Positions 1-8,566 of a stretch of DNA of 64,000 bases are shown here, one piece after another. The stretch is from NCBI GenBank assembly GCA_964396685.1, contig CAYNFS010000001.1, forward strand, positions 16,638 to 80,637. The letters run 5' to 3'. Origin of the DNA: an uncultured Candidatus Saccharibacteria bacterium. Its GTDB lineage: Bacteria > Patescibacteriota > Doudnabacteria > UBA920 > 2-01-FULL-46-14. The position numbers and the translations under genes are program-made. Position 1 is the stretch's first letter; the number at the start of each line of letters is the position of its first letter. The notes under the pieces were generated by a model that was not told the origin of the DNA, did no database searches, and saw only the letters and a list, made by a program, of their open reading frames with translations.

Positions 1-859
1 TTTGGTTGCGGAGTACCGTATAGTCGCCGATAACAGTTCCTCCGGCTTCGGCATCCTCTCTCCAGCCGTTTATCTGCTCGTCAGTGATTGGCAAAGGTAA
101 AGGATCAGGATCCGGTTCTCCAGGATAAGGAAAAGTTTCAGTGCCGGTAACTACGCAAGCGCTTTTTGTCGTATAATAGGCATTGCCGCTTATTGTACAA
201 TTGCTAATTGCATTGGCAAAGACACTTCCTGTGACCGTAAAATTATCCATAATCTGCCCGAACGCGCTGCCGCCAACAATGACTTGCGTGTCAATCTGGT
301 GGGCATGGGCGTGTCCGGAAACGGTCAGGCGATCAAAAATTCTCCCAAGCGCTCCTGCGGAAAAAGCATCGCCGGTGATTCTGGCTCCCGCTCCGCCGTC
401 TATCGGACCGTTGCTGTAGACATTGCCCAAGATGCTGGAATTATTGTCCATCACGAGTCCTCCGTCGCCGACCTGCACGCCGTAAAAAAAACTTGCCGAA
501 GTGGCGCTGATGCTAACAACGGCTCTGACCTCTTTTTGGGCCTTGGGCTGATTTTTCCCTGGAACATAACCAATTGCCGTAATTTCTTTTCGCGTGGGAT
601 TGATCGGAGCGACACTCACGTCAAACTCGCCTGTCGCGAGTACTGTGCCAGTCTCGCCTATGTAGTTTCCGGCAGTCTCGTTGAGCTTAAAGATTGCCTT
701 ATCTATGCCGGCATCAGCAAGCTGCAAGGCCTGTTCTTTGGCCAGCGCGTTTCTGGTGGCCGCGACGTTCTGAAAAACAAACCCCAAAAGGCCAATAGCC
801 AAAGCCAGGATCACCACCATGAAAATCAGCGAAATTATCAAAACCTGACCGCGTTGCAT
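1..859 (-). CDS. PilX-like minor pilin / pilus assembly protein (3' end outside window)
   Basis: Not in the ORF track because its stop lies outside the window. ATG at 859 gives MQRGQVLIISLIFMVVILALAIGLL...EQALQLADAGIDKAI, a PilX N-terminal pattern, followed by Gly/Asn-rich beta repeats (GVQVGDGGLVMDNNSSILGNVYSNG). Confidence 0.8.
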   Translation of the reverse strand, partial: MQRGQVLIISLIFMVVILALAIGLLGFVFQNVAATRNALAKEQALQLADAGIDKAIFKLNETAGNYIGETGTVLATGEFDVSVAPINPTRKEITAIGYVPGKNQPKAQKEVRAVVSISATSASFFYGVQVGDGGLVMDNNSSILGNVYSNGPIDGGAGARITGDAFSAGALGRIFDRLTVSGHAHAHQIDTQVIVGGSAFGQIMDNFTVTGSVFANAISNCTISGNAYYTTKSACVVTGTETFPYPGEPDPDPLPLPITDEQINGWREDAEAGGTVIGDYTVLRNQ

Positions 860-875
860 AAATTTTGCTCCTGAA

Positions 876-1427
876 TTATTTGTTGCGCAGGCTCGCCGAG
901 CCGGCAATTTGATCCGAAGCCGGGTATCTGCCAGTCTGCCGAACCTTAATTGTGTAATCCACTTTTCTTGCCAGTGATAAATCGGAATTGTCATAGGTAA
1001 AACTCAAGCTTGTCAAAGCCGGAGTTAGTTCGTGAAAGCGGGGCAGGCGGAGGCTTGAGGGATGAGGATCGACGATAAGAATCAGGCGATTTGCGGCATT
1101 TGGATCCTGCGCCACAATAACGTAATCAAAAATGCCGCTGATGATTTGTCCCTGCGAATTAATGGCCGGAATTTCCAAAACCAGCACTGTGGCACCAGTG
1201 GCATAGTTAACGCCGTCATAAACTCTTGAAGCCGCAAATTTTGTCGCCGCCCGGGTATACTCGTTGATGCGGTCCGCGGCCTCGCGGGTAGCATTATTGT
1301 TTAAAACTTTGCCCGACTCATTTTCGTAAAACTTGTTGTTGGACAAAAAAATCCCCACGCCTAAAGTGACTAATATCGCCAAAAGGAAAGTCACCACCAA
1401 AACTTCAGCCAATGTAAAGCCTCTCAT
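876..1427 (-). CDS. Prepilin-type N-terminal cleavage/methylation protein (minor pilin)
   Basis: MRG|FTLAEVLVV class III signal with E5 and a hydrophobic helix. Confidence 0.9.
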   Translation of the reverse strand: MRGFTLAEVLVVTFLLAILVTLGVGIFLSNNKFYENESGKVLNNNATREAADRINEYTRAATKFAASRVYDGVNYATGATVLVLEIPAINSQGQIISGIFDYVIVAQDPNAANRLILIVDPHPSSLRLPRFHELTPALTSLSFTYDNSDLSLARKVDYTIKVRQTGRYPASDQIAGSASLRNK

Positions 1428-1960
1428 TGCTTATTTAATCCGTTTTTACTCATCAAAGTTTCAAGCGCCACGCTCTTGGCGGGTCCCACCGGATCAGTCC
1501 AGACCACAGTCACGGTCACTTTTTTGATGTCGCTTGCTCCTTCATAATCGGCAACTGTAAGCGCGCCGCTTGCGTTTTCGAGCTTGTTTAAGGCTGGATC
1601 AGAAAAAGAGCCGCTTGATGGGAGGGAATTAAAAGGCGTATTGCGCAGTTCCTCAATTTTTTTGGCGGCGATGTGGTAGGCCAAGTTTTGGTTTCTTGCG
1701 GCTTTGGTTAAAGGAATTGAGGAAAGAACCGAGCTGAAAATTATGATGGTGGCCATCAGCAGGGCCAAAGCAATGATCACCTCTATCAAAGTAAACCCCG
1801 TCACCACTCTAACATCATGTCGCGAGTGGCATTGGGTCATTCTGCTTCGCGTTTCTTCAGACCATTCATCCACGGGTTTACACTCGTTATATTCTGGTGA
1901 CGGGGTAAACCCCAAAAGAATTTTTGATTTTTGATTTTTGATTTTTGATATTTTTATCAT
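1424..1960 (-). CDS. Prepilin-type protein (PilV-like) carrying a 38-aa in-frame insertion in its leader
   Basis: G|FTLIEVIIALALL motif preceded by a duplicated GFT; ATGA overlaps with both neighbours. Confidence 0.85.
   Translation of the reverse strand: MIKISKIKNQKSKILLGFTPSPEYNECKPVDEWSEETRSRMTQCHSRHDVRVVTGFTLIEVIIALALLMATIIIFSSVLSSIPLTKAARNQNLAYHIAAKKIEELRNTPFNSLPSSGSFSDPALNKLENASGALTVADYEGASDIKKVTVTVVWTDPVGPAKSVALETLMSKNGLNKQ
1796..1905. mobile_element. 110-bp MITE-like element in the prepilin cleavage site
   Basis: Perfect 11-bp terminal inverted repeats CCCCGTCACCA (1796-1806) and TGGTGACGGGG (1895-1905), flanked by TAAA direct repeats (1792-1795, 1906-1909); 114 bp added = 38 codons. 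Confidence 0.8.
1921..1948. repeat. Heptamer tandem repeat (TTTTTGA)x4 in the prepilin leader
   Basis: Read directly; encodes part of SKIKNQKSKI. Confidence 0.85.
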
Positions 1961-3171
1961 AGGTTCTGTCCGATATTGTAAATCGGCAAAATGAGTCCCA
2001 CGGCCAAGACGCCAACTACGGCGCCGATCAAAATGACCAGGACAGGCTCAATTATGGATGAGAGATTTTTGACGGTGTCGTCAATTTCCGCCTCGTAAAA
2101 ATTGGAAACTTCCGCCAACACCTTTTCCATGGTTCCTGTCTCCTCGCCGACCTGAATCATCTGCGTTACCATCGGGGTGAAAAGTTTGGGATATTTCTCC
2201 AAAACCACCACCAAATCAACCCCGACTTTCACTTTTTCGGAAGCGTCGGCTATGGCTTGCCGGTAGTAAACATTGTTCATGGTGTCGCTGGTAATCTTCA
2301 AAGCCTCGACAATCGGCATGCCGGAACGAAGAAGGCCGCTAAAAATGATAGTAAACCTCGCCAGATTGAGTTTTTTCACGATTTTGCCGATGATCGGCAG
2401 ACTTAGATTGAGCTTATGAAAAAACGCGTGGCCTGATGCGGTTTTGTGCCAAAACCATATCCCGAATACCGACACTGCGATAACCGCCAAAAGGACCAGC
2501 GAATAGCTCGCGAATAAGTCCACAATCCTGATGATGATTTTGGTGAGCACCGGCAATTCGGCATCGAACTCCTGGAATGTTGAGGTTAGCTTCGGCAGAA
2601 CGAAGGAAAACATGATATAGCCGATGATGAGCAACGCAGCCATCACGACTGCCGGATAGGTGAGCGCCCCTTTGGTGCGGCGCAACAAATTGTAATCACG
2701 CCCTATCTGGGTGCCCAGATACTCCAAGGTTTTATCCAGCTCGCCGCTTTGTTCTCCAACCTTGACCATATTGACAAAGATGGCAGAAAAAATATTGGGA
2801 TATTCACCCAGGCTTTCAGACAAAGTTTTGCCGCCTTCCACATTGTGCGCCACCGCGCTGATGACATTCCGAAAATAGGGATTCGGCATTTGTCTCGTCA
2901 GCACAAGCAAAGCTTTGGATACCGGAAGGCCGGCTTTGATGGTTACGGCCAGGTTGTTTATAAAAGTCAGCTTCTCCAGCAATGAAACATGAGAAAAAAT
3001 TACGTTTAAGGCTCGACTTCTCAAGGAGCCCAGTCTTCGTTCCTCAATTGAAGTAGGAAGCAGGCCCTTGCTTCTTAGAGCCTGCCCTACTGCTTCCCGG
3101 GACGGCGCTTCTGCGATGTCCGAGACCATTTTGCCTTCCTGGTCCCGCGCTGTATATATAAATTCAGGCAT
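1957..3171 (-). CDS. pilC: Type IV pilus / T2SS platform protein (PilC/GspF)
   Basis: Two T2SSF repeats (VNMVKVGEQSGELD, QMIQVGEETGTME), LTYPAVV and IIEPVLV..LILPIY. Confidence 0.95.
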   Translation of the reverse strand: MPEFIYTARDQEGKMVSDIAEAPSREAVGQALRSKGLLPTSIEERRLGSLRSRALNVIFSHVSLLEKLTFINNLAVTIKAGLPVSKALLVLTRQMPNPYFRNVISAVAHNVEGGKTLSESLGEYPNIFSAIFVNMVKVGEQSGELDKTLEYLGTQIGRDYNLLRRTKGALTYPAVVMAALLIIGYIMFSFVLPKLTSTFQEFDAELPVLTKIIIRIVDLFASYSLVLLAVIAVSVFGIWFWHKTASGHAFFHKLNLSLPIIGKIVKKLNLARFTIIFSGLLRSGMPIVEALKITSDTMNNVYYRQAIADASEKVKVGVDLVVVLEKYPKLFTPMVTQMIQVGEETGTMEKVLAEVSNFYEAEIDDTVKNLSSIIEPVLVILIGAVVGVLAVGLILPIYNIGQNL

Positions 3172-3172
3172 T

Positions 3173-4915
3173 TTACTCCTTCGTCACCCTTAAGATTTCG
3201 GAGATTGTTGTAAGCCCCATATGGGCTTTGATGAATCCGTCCTGCCACATCAAAATCATGCTCTCCTCCACAGCCCGCTCTTGGATTTGACTGGTCGCCG
3301 CTCGAGACAGAATAAGTTTGGCAATGTTTTCCGTGATATCCAAGACTTCATAAATGCCGATCCGGCCCCGAAAACCCGTGCGGGAGCATTTTTCGCATCC
3401 TTTGCCGTGGTAAAAATCCACGTCTTTGAGATTTTTGGCTTTTTTGTCCAAAACCCCTTCCCGCTTCATCACTTCCATAAGGTGCAGGAGATCAAAATCC
3501 AAAGATAAACTCTGAACGGTCTTTTCGTCCAGACGCATCGGAGTTTTGCAGTCCTGACAGATTCTGCGCACCAGCCGTTGTCCCACAATGGTATGGATGG
3601 TTGAGGCAATTAAGTATGGTTCAACCCCAATGTCCAAAAGACGGGGAAGAGCCCCGGCCGCATTATTGGTGTGAAGCGTGGAAAGCACGATGTGGCCGGT
3701 CATAGCGGCGTGCACCGCTTCTTCGGCTGTTTCCAGATCGCGGATCTCCCCGATCATGATGATATTGGGATCCTGCCGCAAAAGAGCGCGCAGCCCCACC
3801 GCAAAAGTGAGGCTGATTCTGGGATTGACCTGCATTTGATTGACTCCCGGGACACGGTACTCAATCGGATCCTCAATGGTGCTGATATTTACCGATTTTG
3901 TATTTAATTTGCTCAAAATAGTATACAGTGTCGTGGATTTACCAGAACCGGTGGGGCCGGTAATAAGCGTCATGCCGTGAGGTCTGCTTAAATTTCGCTT
4001 GATGACCTCAAGAGAGGTCCTGGCAAAGCCCAAATCTTCAAAGGTCAAAGCTTTGGCCCCCTCATCCAGAAGCCGCATTACTACTTTTTCCCCGTCAAAC
4101 ACCGGGATGGTGGAAACGCGAAACGAGATATTGTATTCGTCAGTCTGAAGCTTAAAGCGGCCATCTTGGGGAAGACGATGCTCGTCAATTTTGAGATTGG
4201 ACAGAACCTTGATCCGGGCGATTAGTGCCGGCTGAATGACTTTCGGCAAGGTCATGACATCGTGCAAAATGCCGTCGATGCGGTAACGCACTGTCACTTC
4301 TTTTTCCTGCGGCTCAATGTGGATGTCCGAGGCCCCTTCAAAAATGGCGTACTCAAGCAGAGTATCCACCACCCGCACCACCGGAACTTCCTCCGCCATT
4401 TTTTTGAGCTCCTGACCTTCTTCCGCAGGCGCCGCTTTTTCCGCTTTTTTCGTGGTGAGGATTTTTTCAAACTCGGCCTTGAGGCTGGTATGATACTGGG
4501 AAAGCGCGTAGTCCATCCCGGTTTTGGTGGCCAAATACGGCTTGATTACAAAACCGGTTTTCTTTTTGACAAACTCCCTGGTTTGCAAATCCTCGGGATC
4601 AGTCATAGCCAAGTCAAGCTCGTTGCCCTTTTTGCGAAAAGCGATCACCTGATGACGGCGAGCTATTGGCTCGGGTATGATTTTTAAATCTTCCTGCGCA
4701 ATTTTTACCTTTGTCAGATCCGCAAACTCCACTTGCAGAAAATCGCTGACGAGCTTTGCGAGCTTGTCTTCCGGAATGATCTTGCGCACCACCAAATAGG
4801 AAGCCAGATTCTGATTTTTGCTCTCGGCCTCGGCTTTGAGTTTTTCAAAATCCTGCTCCGCGATAATTTTCTGCCCGACCAGAATTTTTTTCAGGTCAGT
4901 TGAAGCAAGCGCCAT
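3173..4915 (-). CDS. pilB: Type IV pilus assembly ATPase (PilB/GspE)
   Basis: ASDIHIEP, PQDGR, Walker A GPTGSGKST, TIEDPIEY, LRQDPNIIMIGEIRD, TGHIVLSTLHTN and two CxxC pairs. Confidence 0.96.
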   Translation of the reverse strand: MALASTDLKKILVGQKIIAEQDFEKLKAEAESKNQNLASYLVVRKIIPEDKLAKLVSDFLQVEFADLTKVKIAQEDLKIIPEPIARRHQVIAFRKKGNELDLAMTDPEDLQTREFVKKKTGFVIKPYLATKTGMDYALSQYHTSLKAEFEKILTTKKAEKAAPAEEGQELKKMAEEVPVVRVVDTLLEYAIFEGASDIHIEPQEKEVTVRYRIDGILHDVMTLPKVIQPALIARIKVLSNLKIDEHRLPQDGRFKLQTDEYNISFRVSTIPVFDGEKVVMRLLDEGAKALTFEDLGFARTSLEVIKRNLSRPHGMTLITGPTGSGKSTTLYTILSKLNTKSVNISTIEDPIEYRVPGVNQMQVNPRISLTFAVGLRALLRQDPNIIMIGEIRDLETAEEAVHAAMTGHIVLSTLHTNNAAGALPRLLDIGVEPYLIASTIHTIVGQRLVRRICQDCKTPMRLDEKTVQSLSLDFDLLHLMEVMKREGVLDKKAKNLKDVDFYHGKGCEKCSRTGFRGRIGIYEVLDITENIAKLILSRAATSQIQERAVEESMILMWQDGFIKAHMGLTTISEILRVTKE

Positions 4916-7156
4916 TTATTTTTTGCACTTTGTTTCAAGCTCTTTCAAAAACTCCTGCCCTTCTTGCTGAAAGACAGGATTAAGCCTAATGGTTTCCAAA
5001 ACTTGAATGCGCGCGTTGTCGGTATCGCAAATCTCGCCATAAGCCACCGCAAGTTTGGCGTGAAGCTCGGCATTTTGCGGATCCAACTCTGCGGCTTTTT
5101 GGTAGCTTTCCGCCAATTTGAAATTATCCCCTGCCTCCAAATAGGCTCTGGCCAAATTGGTATAATCTCTGGAAGTAAGCTCGTATCCTAACTCTTTAAG
5201 TTTTGCCAGTTCCTCGGTAGCGATGTCCTCCCGTTTCGCGATAATCCCGGCCAGCAGGTAATTAAAATGCGACTCTTTGGGCTCGGGATTCTGGGCAATC
5301 GCCGATCTAAAGTACTCAAGGCCCTCTTCAAACTGCTTTTTGGAAAAAGCCGCTTGACCCAATTCAAAATAAATTTGGGGCCTCGTGGGAGAAAGCGCCA
5401 AGGCCTTTTGCCCCAAACTTAGCGCCTCGTCAATCATTTGTTGATTGCCCGTAAAGCGGTTTATCACGCTTACGAGATACAAATAATTTTTGACATCTTC
5501 CGGAAAATCTCTGATGCTTTTTCTAAGCTCGTCCATTACATATTGATAGACCTCGCTTTGCTCTTGAGAAGAAAGCTGTCCCGAGAACACAGCTTCGCTG
5601 GCATAATCCACCAGCCTCTGCCGGATTTCTTCATCCATATAAGTCCCGTAAGATAGGGCTTTTTTGAAAGTCGGCAAAACTTCCCGGTACTGCTTGACTT
5701 TTGCGGCCTTGATCCCTTGGGTCGTATAGTAGTTTGCAAAAGCGGGTCTCAAGTTTACGAAGAGAGCCGCAAAAAACATCAAGACGGCTAAGATCGTCGG
5801 CATCACAAAGCCCGGATGATAACCGGTGCGAGCTTTGGCCGGAGAAGATGACAGATATTGATTCGTCAAAAAAGCGATGTTGCCAAAAAGCAAAAATGAA
5901 AGCATGTAAGTTGCTTGTGTGTCAAACACAAAAAGATTCTGCAGGAAATAACCTGCCAGAAGCACGCCCAAAATTAAAATCATTCTAGGTTCCAAGTCCG
6001 GAGGCTTTTGAAGCCAAAGTTTAAATAAAATCCAGAAAGCCGCCGCAAACATGACAAGATACGCCAAAAAACCAATCAAACCGGCTTGTACCAGAACGTC
6101 AAAGACCACGTTGTGGGCGCGGTCAAACCAGATTTGACTGCCCTGATCTTTGAAAATTCGGGCTGGAAAATATTTGTTGAAGGCAATGTGATAATTTTCA
6201 TAGCCCCAGCCGAAAACCGGTCGGTCTTTGAACGCCTGGTAAGAAGCATTCCAGGTGTCCAAGCGCGACTGGGTCGTGATATCCCTTGGCGAAATGGTCG
6301 CAAGCCTGTAAAGCGTGTTGCTTCGGCTCACCCAGGAAGCGTCGCGGTTGAAATACAAAATGAAACCAAACGCCAAAAGCAAAGCCAAAAAGCCAAGCGA
6401 GAGGATTTTGGTCTTGCGTTTTTGGGATTTAAAGACATTGACTAAAAAATATAAACCGAAAGCCAGAGCCGCCGCCAGAATCGCCCCTCGAGTCTCTGTT
6501 TGGTACAGGATGTATAGTTCAAACCAAAACACAAACCAAAGATATACGCGCTGCGTTTTGGATTTTGCCTCCTGCAGGAGGTAGAGGGAAAGAAAAACTC
6601 CAAATAGCATCACTGCCGCAAAAAACGAAGCGTTGCCGATGGTGCCCACGATCCGGCCGCCGCGGAAAATGTTTGAAAGAATTGGCAAATCCAAAAGCTG
6701 GCTTAATCCCACCAAGGCGTTCAAAAAAGTCATGGTAATGGCGGCCAACAAATACCTGTGCCAATCGCGGCGAGTCTGAAATACCGCCGGCAAAATCGTA
6801 AAGTAAGCCGCGAAATGAAGTATGGTAACAAGCCCCTCGCCCCGCTCGATCGTCCCCCAGAAACTGTGGTTGAAATTCACGCCAAAAAGGCTTGCGACAA
6901 AAATTACACCGATATAAATCCATACTGCTTTTGTCAGCCAATTCCACTTAATTCTCAATTCCGGGTACTTTACGGCCAAAACCGCATAAACCACGACGGC
7001 CAGTTCCACCAAAAGCCTGAAATACAAAATTTTCGTGGTAATAAATGGAAACAAAAAAACGCTCCACACCAGAAGCGGCATGACGAGCAAGGCATACAGA
7101 ATTAATCTTAGGAGTTTATACCACTTATTTGTTTCCAGCGCGTCACTGTTTGCCAT
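4916..7156 (-). CDS. O-antigen ligase-like (Wzy_C) membrane protein with C-terminal TPRs; candidate protein O-oligosaccharyltransferase
   Basis: About 12 TM segments, GTIGNASFFA, TETRGAILA, RLDTW..RPVFGWGYENY, DRAHN motifs and TPR helices; first gene of the pilus operon. Confidence 0.85.
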   Translation of the reverse strand: MANSDALETNKWYKLLRLILYALLVMPLLVWSVFLFPFITTKILYFRLLVELAVVVYAVLAVKYPELRIKWNWLTKAVWIYIGVIFVASLFGVNFNHSFWGTIERGEGLVTILHFAAYFTILPAVFQTRRDWHRYLLAAITMTFLNALVGLSQLLDLPILSNIFRGGRIVGTIGNASFFAAVMLFGVFLSLYLLQEAKSKTQRVYLWFVFWFELYILYQTETRGAILAAALAFGLYFLVNVFKSQKRKTKILSLGFLALLLAFGFILYFNRDASWVSRSNTLYRLATISPRDITTQSRLDTWNASYQAFKDRPVFGWGYENYHIAFNKYFPARIFKDQGSQIWFDRAHNVVFDVLVQAGLIGFLAYLVMFAAAFWILFKLWLQKPPDLEPRMILILGVLLAGYFLQNLFVFDTQATYMLSFLLFGNIAFLTNQYLSSSPAKARTGYHPGFVMPTILAVLMFFAALFVNLRPAFANYYTTQGIKAAKVKQYREVLPTFKKALSYGTYMDEEIRQRLVDYASEAVFSGQLSSQEQSEVYQYVMDELRKSIRDFPEDVKNYLYLVSVINRFTGNQQMIDEALSLGQKALALSPTRPQIYFELGQAAFSKKQFEEGLEYFRSAIAQNPEPKESHFNYLLAGIIAKREDIATEELAKLKELGYELTSRDYTNLARAYLEAGDNFKLAESYQKAAELDPQNAELHAKLAVAYGEICDTDNARIQVLETIRLNPVFQQEGQEFLKELETKCKK

Positions 7157-7162
7157 GATTTA

Positions 7163-7191
7163 ATTTTACTAAATTTTCCCCAATCGGTCAA
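7163..7191 (-). promoter_or_regulatory. Sigma70 promoter, apparently leaderless, for the ligase-pilus operon
   Basis: TTGACC-17 bp-TAAAAT, then 6 nt to the ATG at 7156. Confidence 0.7.
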
Positions 7192-7197
7192 TGCGCT

Positions 7198-7578
7198 TTA
7201 TTTCTTTCTCTTTCTGGCCAATTGGCGCACAGCCGGTTCGTCAAAGCCGAAATGATGGGCGACTTCATGCCAGACCGTGTCTTTGACCAGCTTTTTTATT
7301 CTTTCAGGATCCGAGCCTGACGCCATCTCCACGGGCTTTTGAAAAATCGTGATCTTGTCAGGTAAAACCATCGTATAAAAAGGCCCTCTTTTGGTCCGCG
7401 GCACCCCTTCATAAAGACCCAAAAGCAGGTCTCCTCTTAGCGTCCCACCCTTGCTCATCTGCTCTTTAGTAGGAAAATCCTCTATGACGATTCCCACATT
7501 ATCCATGAGCCTGCGCAACCGTTTGGGAATATCAAGCAGGGCATTTCTTACTAATTGTTCAAAGTCTTCCCGCGACAT
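7198..7578 (-). CDS. Zincin-like minimal metallopeptidase (Zincin_1/DUF1025-like)
   Basis: LLGLYEGVP, LPDKITIFQKP and HEVAHHFG; the start may be the upstream ATG at 7602. Confidence 0.9.
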   Translation of the reverse strand: MSREDFEQLVRNALLDIPKRLRRLMDNVGIVIEDFPTKEQMSKGGTLRGDLLLGLYEGVPRTKRGPFYTMVLPDKITIFQKPVEMASGSDPERIKKLVKDTVWHEVAHHFGFDEPAVRQLARKRKK

Positions 7579-7582
7579 GGGT

Positions 7583-8479
7583 TTACTCACCCTCATCATC
7601 AACCTGATTTTCTAACTGGTGCAGACTGTCTAGCATATGAAATACGGCGGCGTATTTTTCCAAATAACTTTTTAAGCGATATTTCTCTTCCAAAATCCTG
7701 TTCGTTTGAACCCACTCCTTGCCTATCCTGTCCCATTCCACGTCTTTGTGAAAAGCATGCGGCAAAGGATTTTGTCCATTTACACGAAACCTGCTGATTA
7801 GTGTCAGAGCAGCTCTGAAATTTGCTTTTTCAAGATCATCTACCTCTTGATTATTTGTCTCCCGAATTTTTGCCCATCCGCCCGCAACCCCGGCGCCCGC
7901 AAGCCCTCCAGCCATGGAGGCTAAAAACTTCCTGCGCGTAATGCCCTTTTCAGGGGCTAAATCCTCTTCCTTCGCCCTCTTTCTGGAAAGCTCGGGTGAG
8001 GCAAGAATGCTGGCTACACCGCTTCCGGCAAGACTGCCGTACAGGGCGGCACGCAGAATTTTTTCTTTTGCCTTTTTCGACCTTGTACTCTCAACTACAG
8101 GCGCTACGGCCTGAATACCCCGGATAAGCTCCGGCTTTAATTTCTCCACTACTTGTTCAACGGCAAGCTTCTTTCGGCCGAGTCTTTTTACAATTTCTTT
8201 TTTCAGCCCTTCTTCGAAGTTGCGAATTTCTTGCACTTCCTGTTCAGGCTTTAATACCCTCGGCTTAATATCAGGCTTTTTCGAAAATTTAATCTCGGCC
8301 TTGAGAACTTGCTCCGGCAACGATTCCGCCACCTTGCCGGAGACGCTGGCTGAACCCAAAATCGCTCCCGCCTTCAAAAATTCTGCAAGATGTGTTTTTT
8401 TCTCGTTGCTTTCCGCCTCTGGTTCTTTCGGCTGTCCTTCATATTCTTCTGGAATAAATCCCGGGGTTTCTTGGGTCAT
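7583..8479 (-). CDS. Hypothetical protein with Gly/Ala-rich hydrophobic segments
   Basis: 298-aa ORF with an extended -10 (TGaTAACAT) 6 nt before the ATG. Confidence 0.7.
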   Translation of the reverse strand: MTQETPGFIPEEYEGQPKEPEAESNEKKTHLAEFLKAGAILGSASVSGKVAESLPEQVLKAEIKFSKKPDIKPRVLKPEQEVQEIRNFEEGLKKEIVKRLGRKKLAVEQVVEKLKPELIRGIQAVAPVVESTRSKKAKEKILRAALYGSLAGSGVASILASPELSRKRAKEEDLAPEKGITRRKFLASMAGGLAGAGVAGGWAKIRETNNQEVDDLEKANFRAALTLISRFRVNGQNPLPHAFHKDVEWDRIGKEWVQTNRILEEKYRLKSYLEKYAAVFHMLDSLHQLENQVDDEGE

Positions 8480-8527
8480 ATCTTGATGTTATCATATGCA
8501 AAGCTTTCTCTCCAAACCTGCGAACCT

Positions 8528-8556
8528 TTGTCCATCGCCTTGATTTTTGCTATACT
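8528..8556 (+). promoter_or_regulatory. Sigma70 promoter of the sugar transferase
   Basis: TTGTCC-17 bp-TATACT with an extended TG, 10 nt before ATG 8567. Confidence 0.7.
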
Positions 8557-8566
8557 GACCGCCAGC

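Noticed and set aside
1796-1905. Intein or self-splicing intron
   Set aside because: Far too short, with no intein or group I/II motifs; terminal repeats plus a target duplication fit a DNA element.
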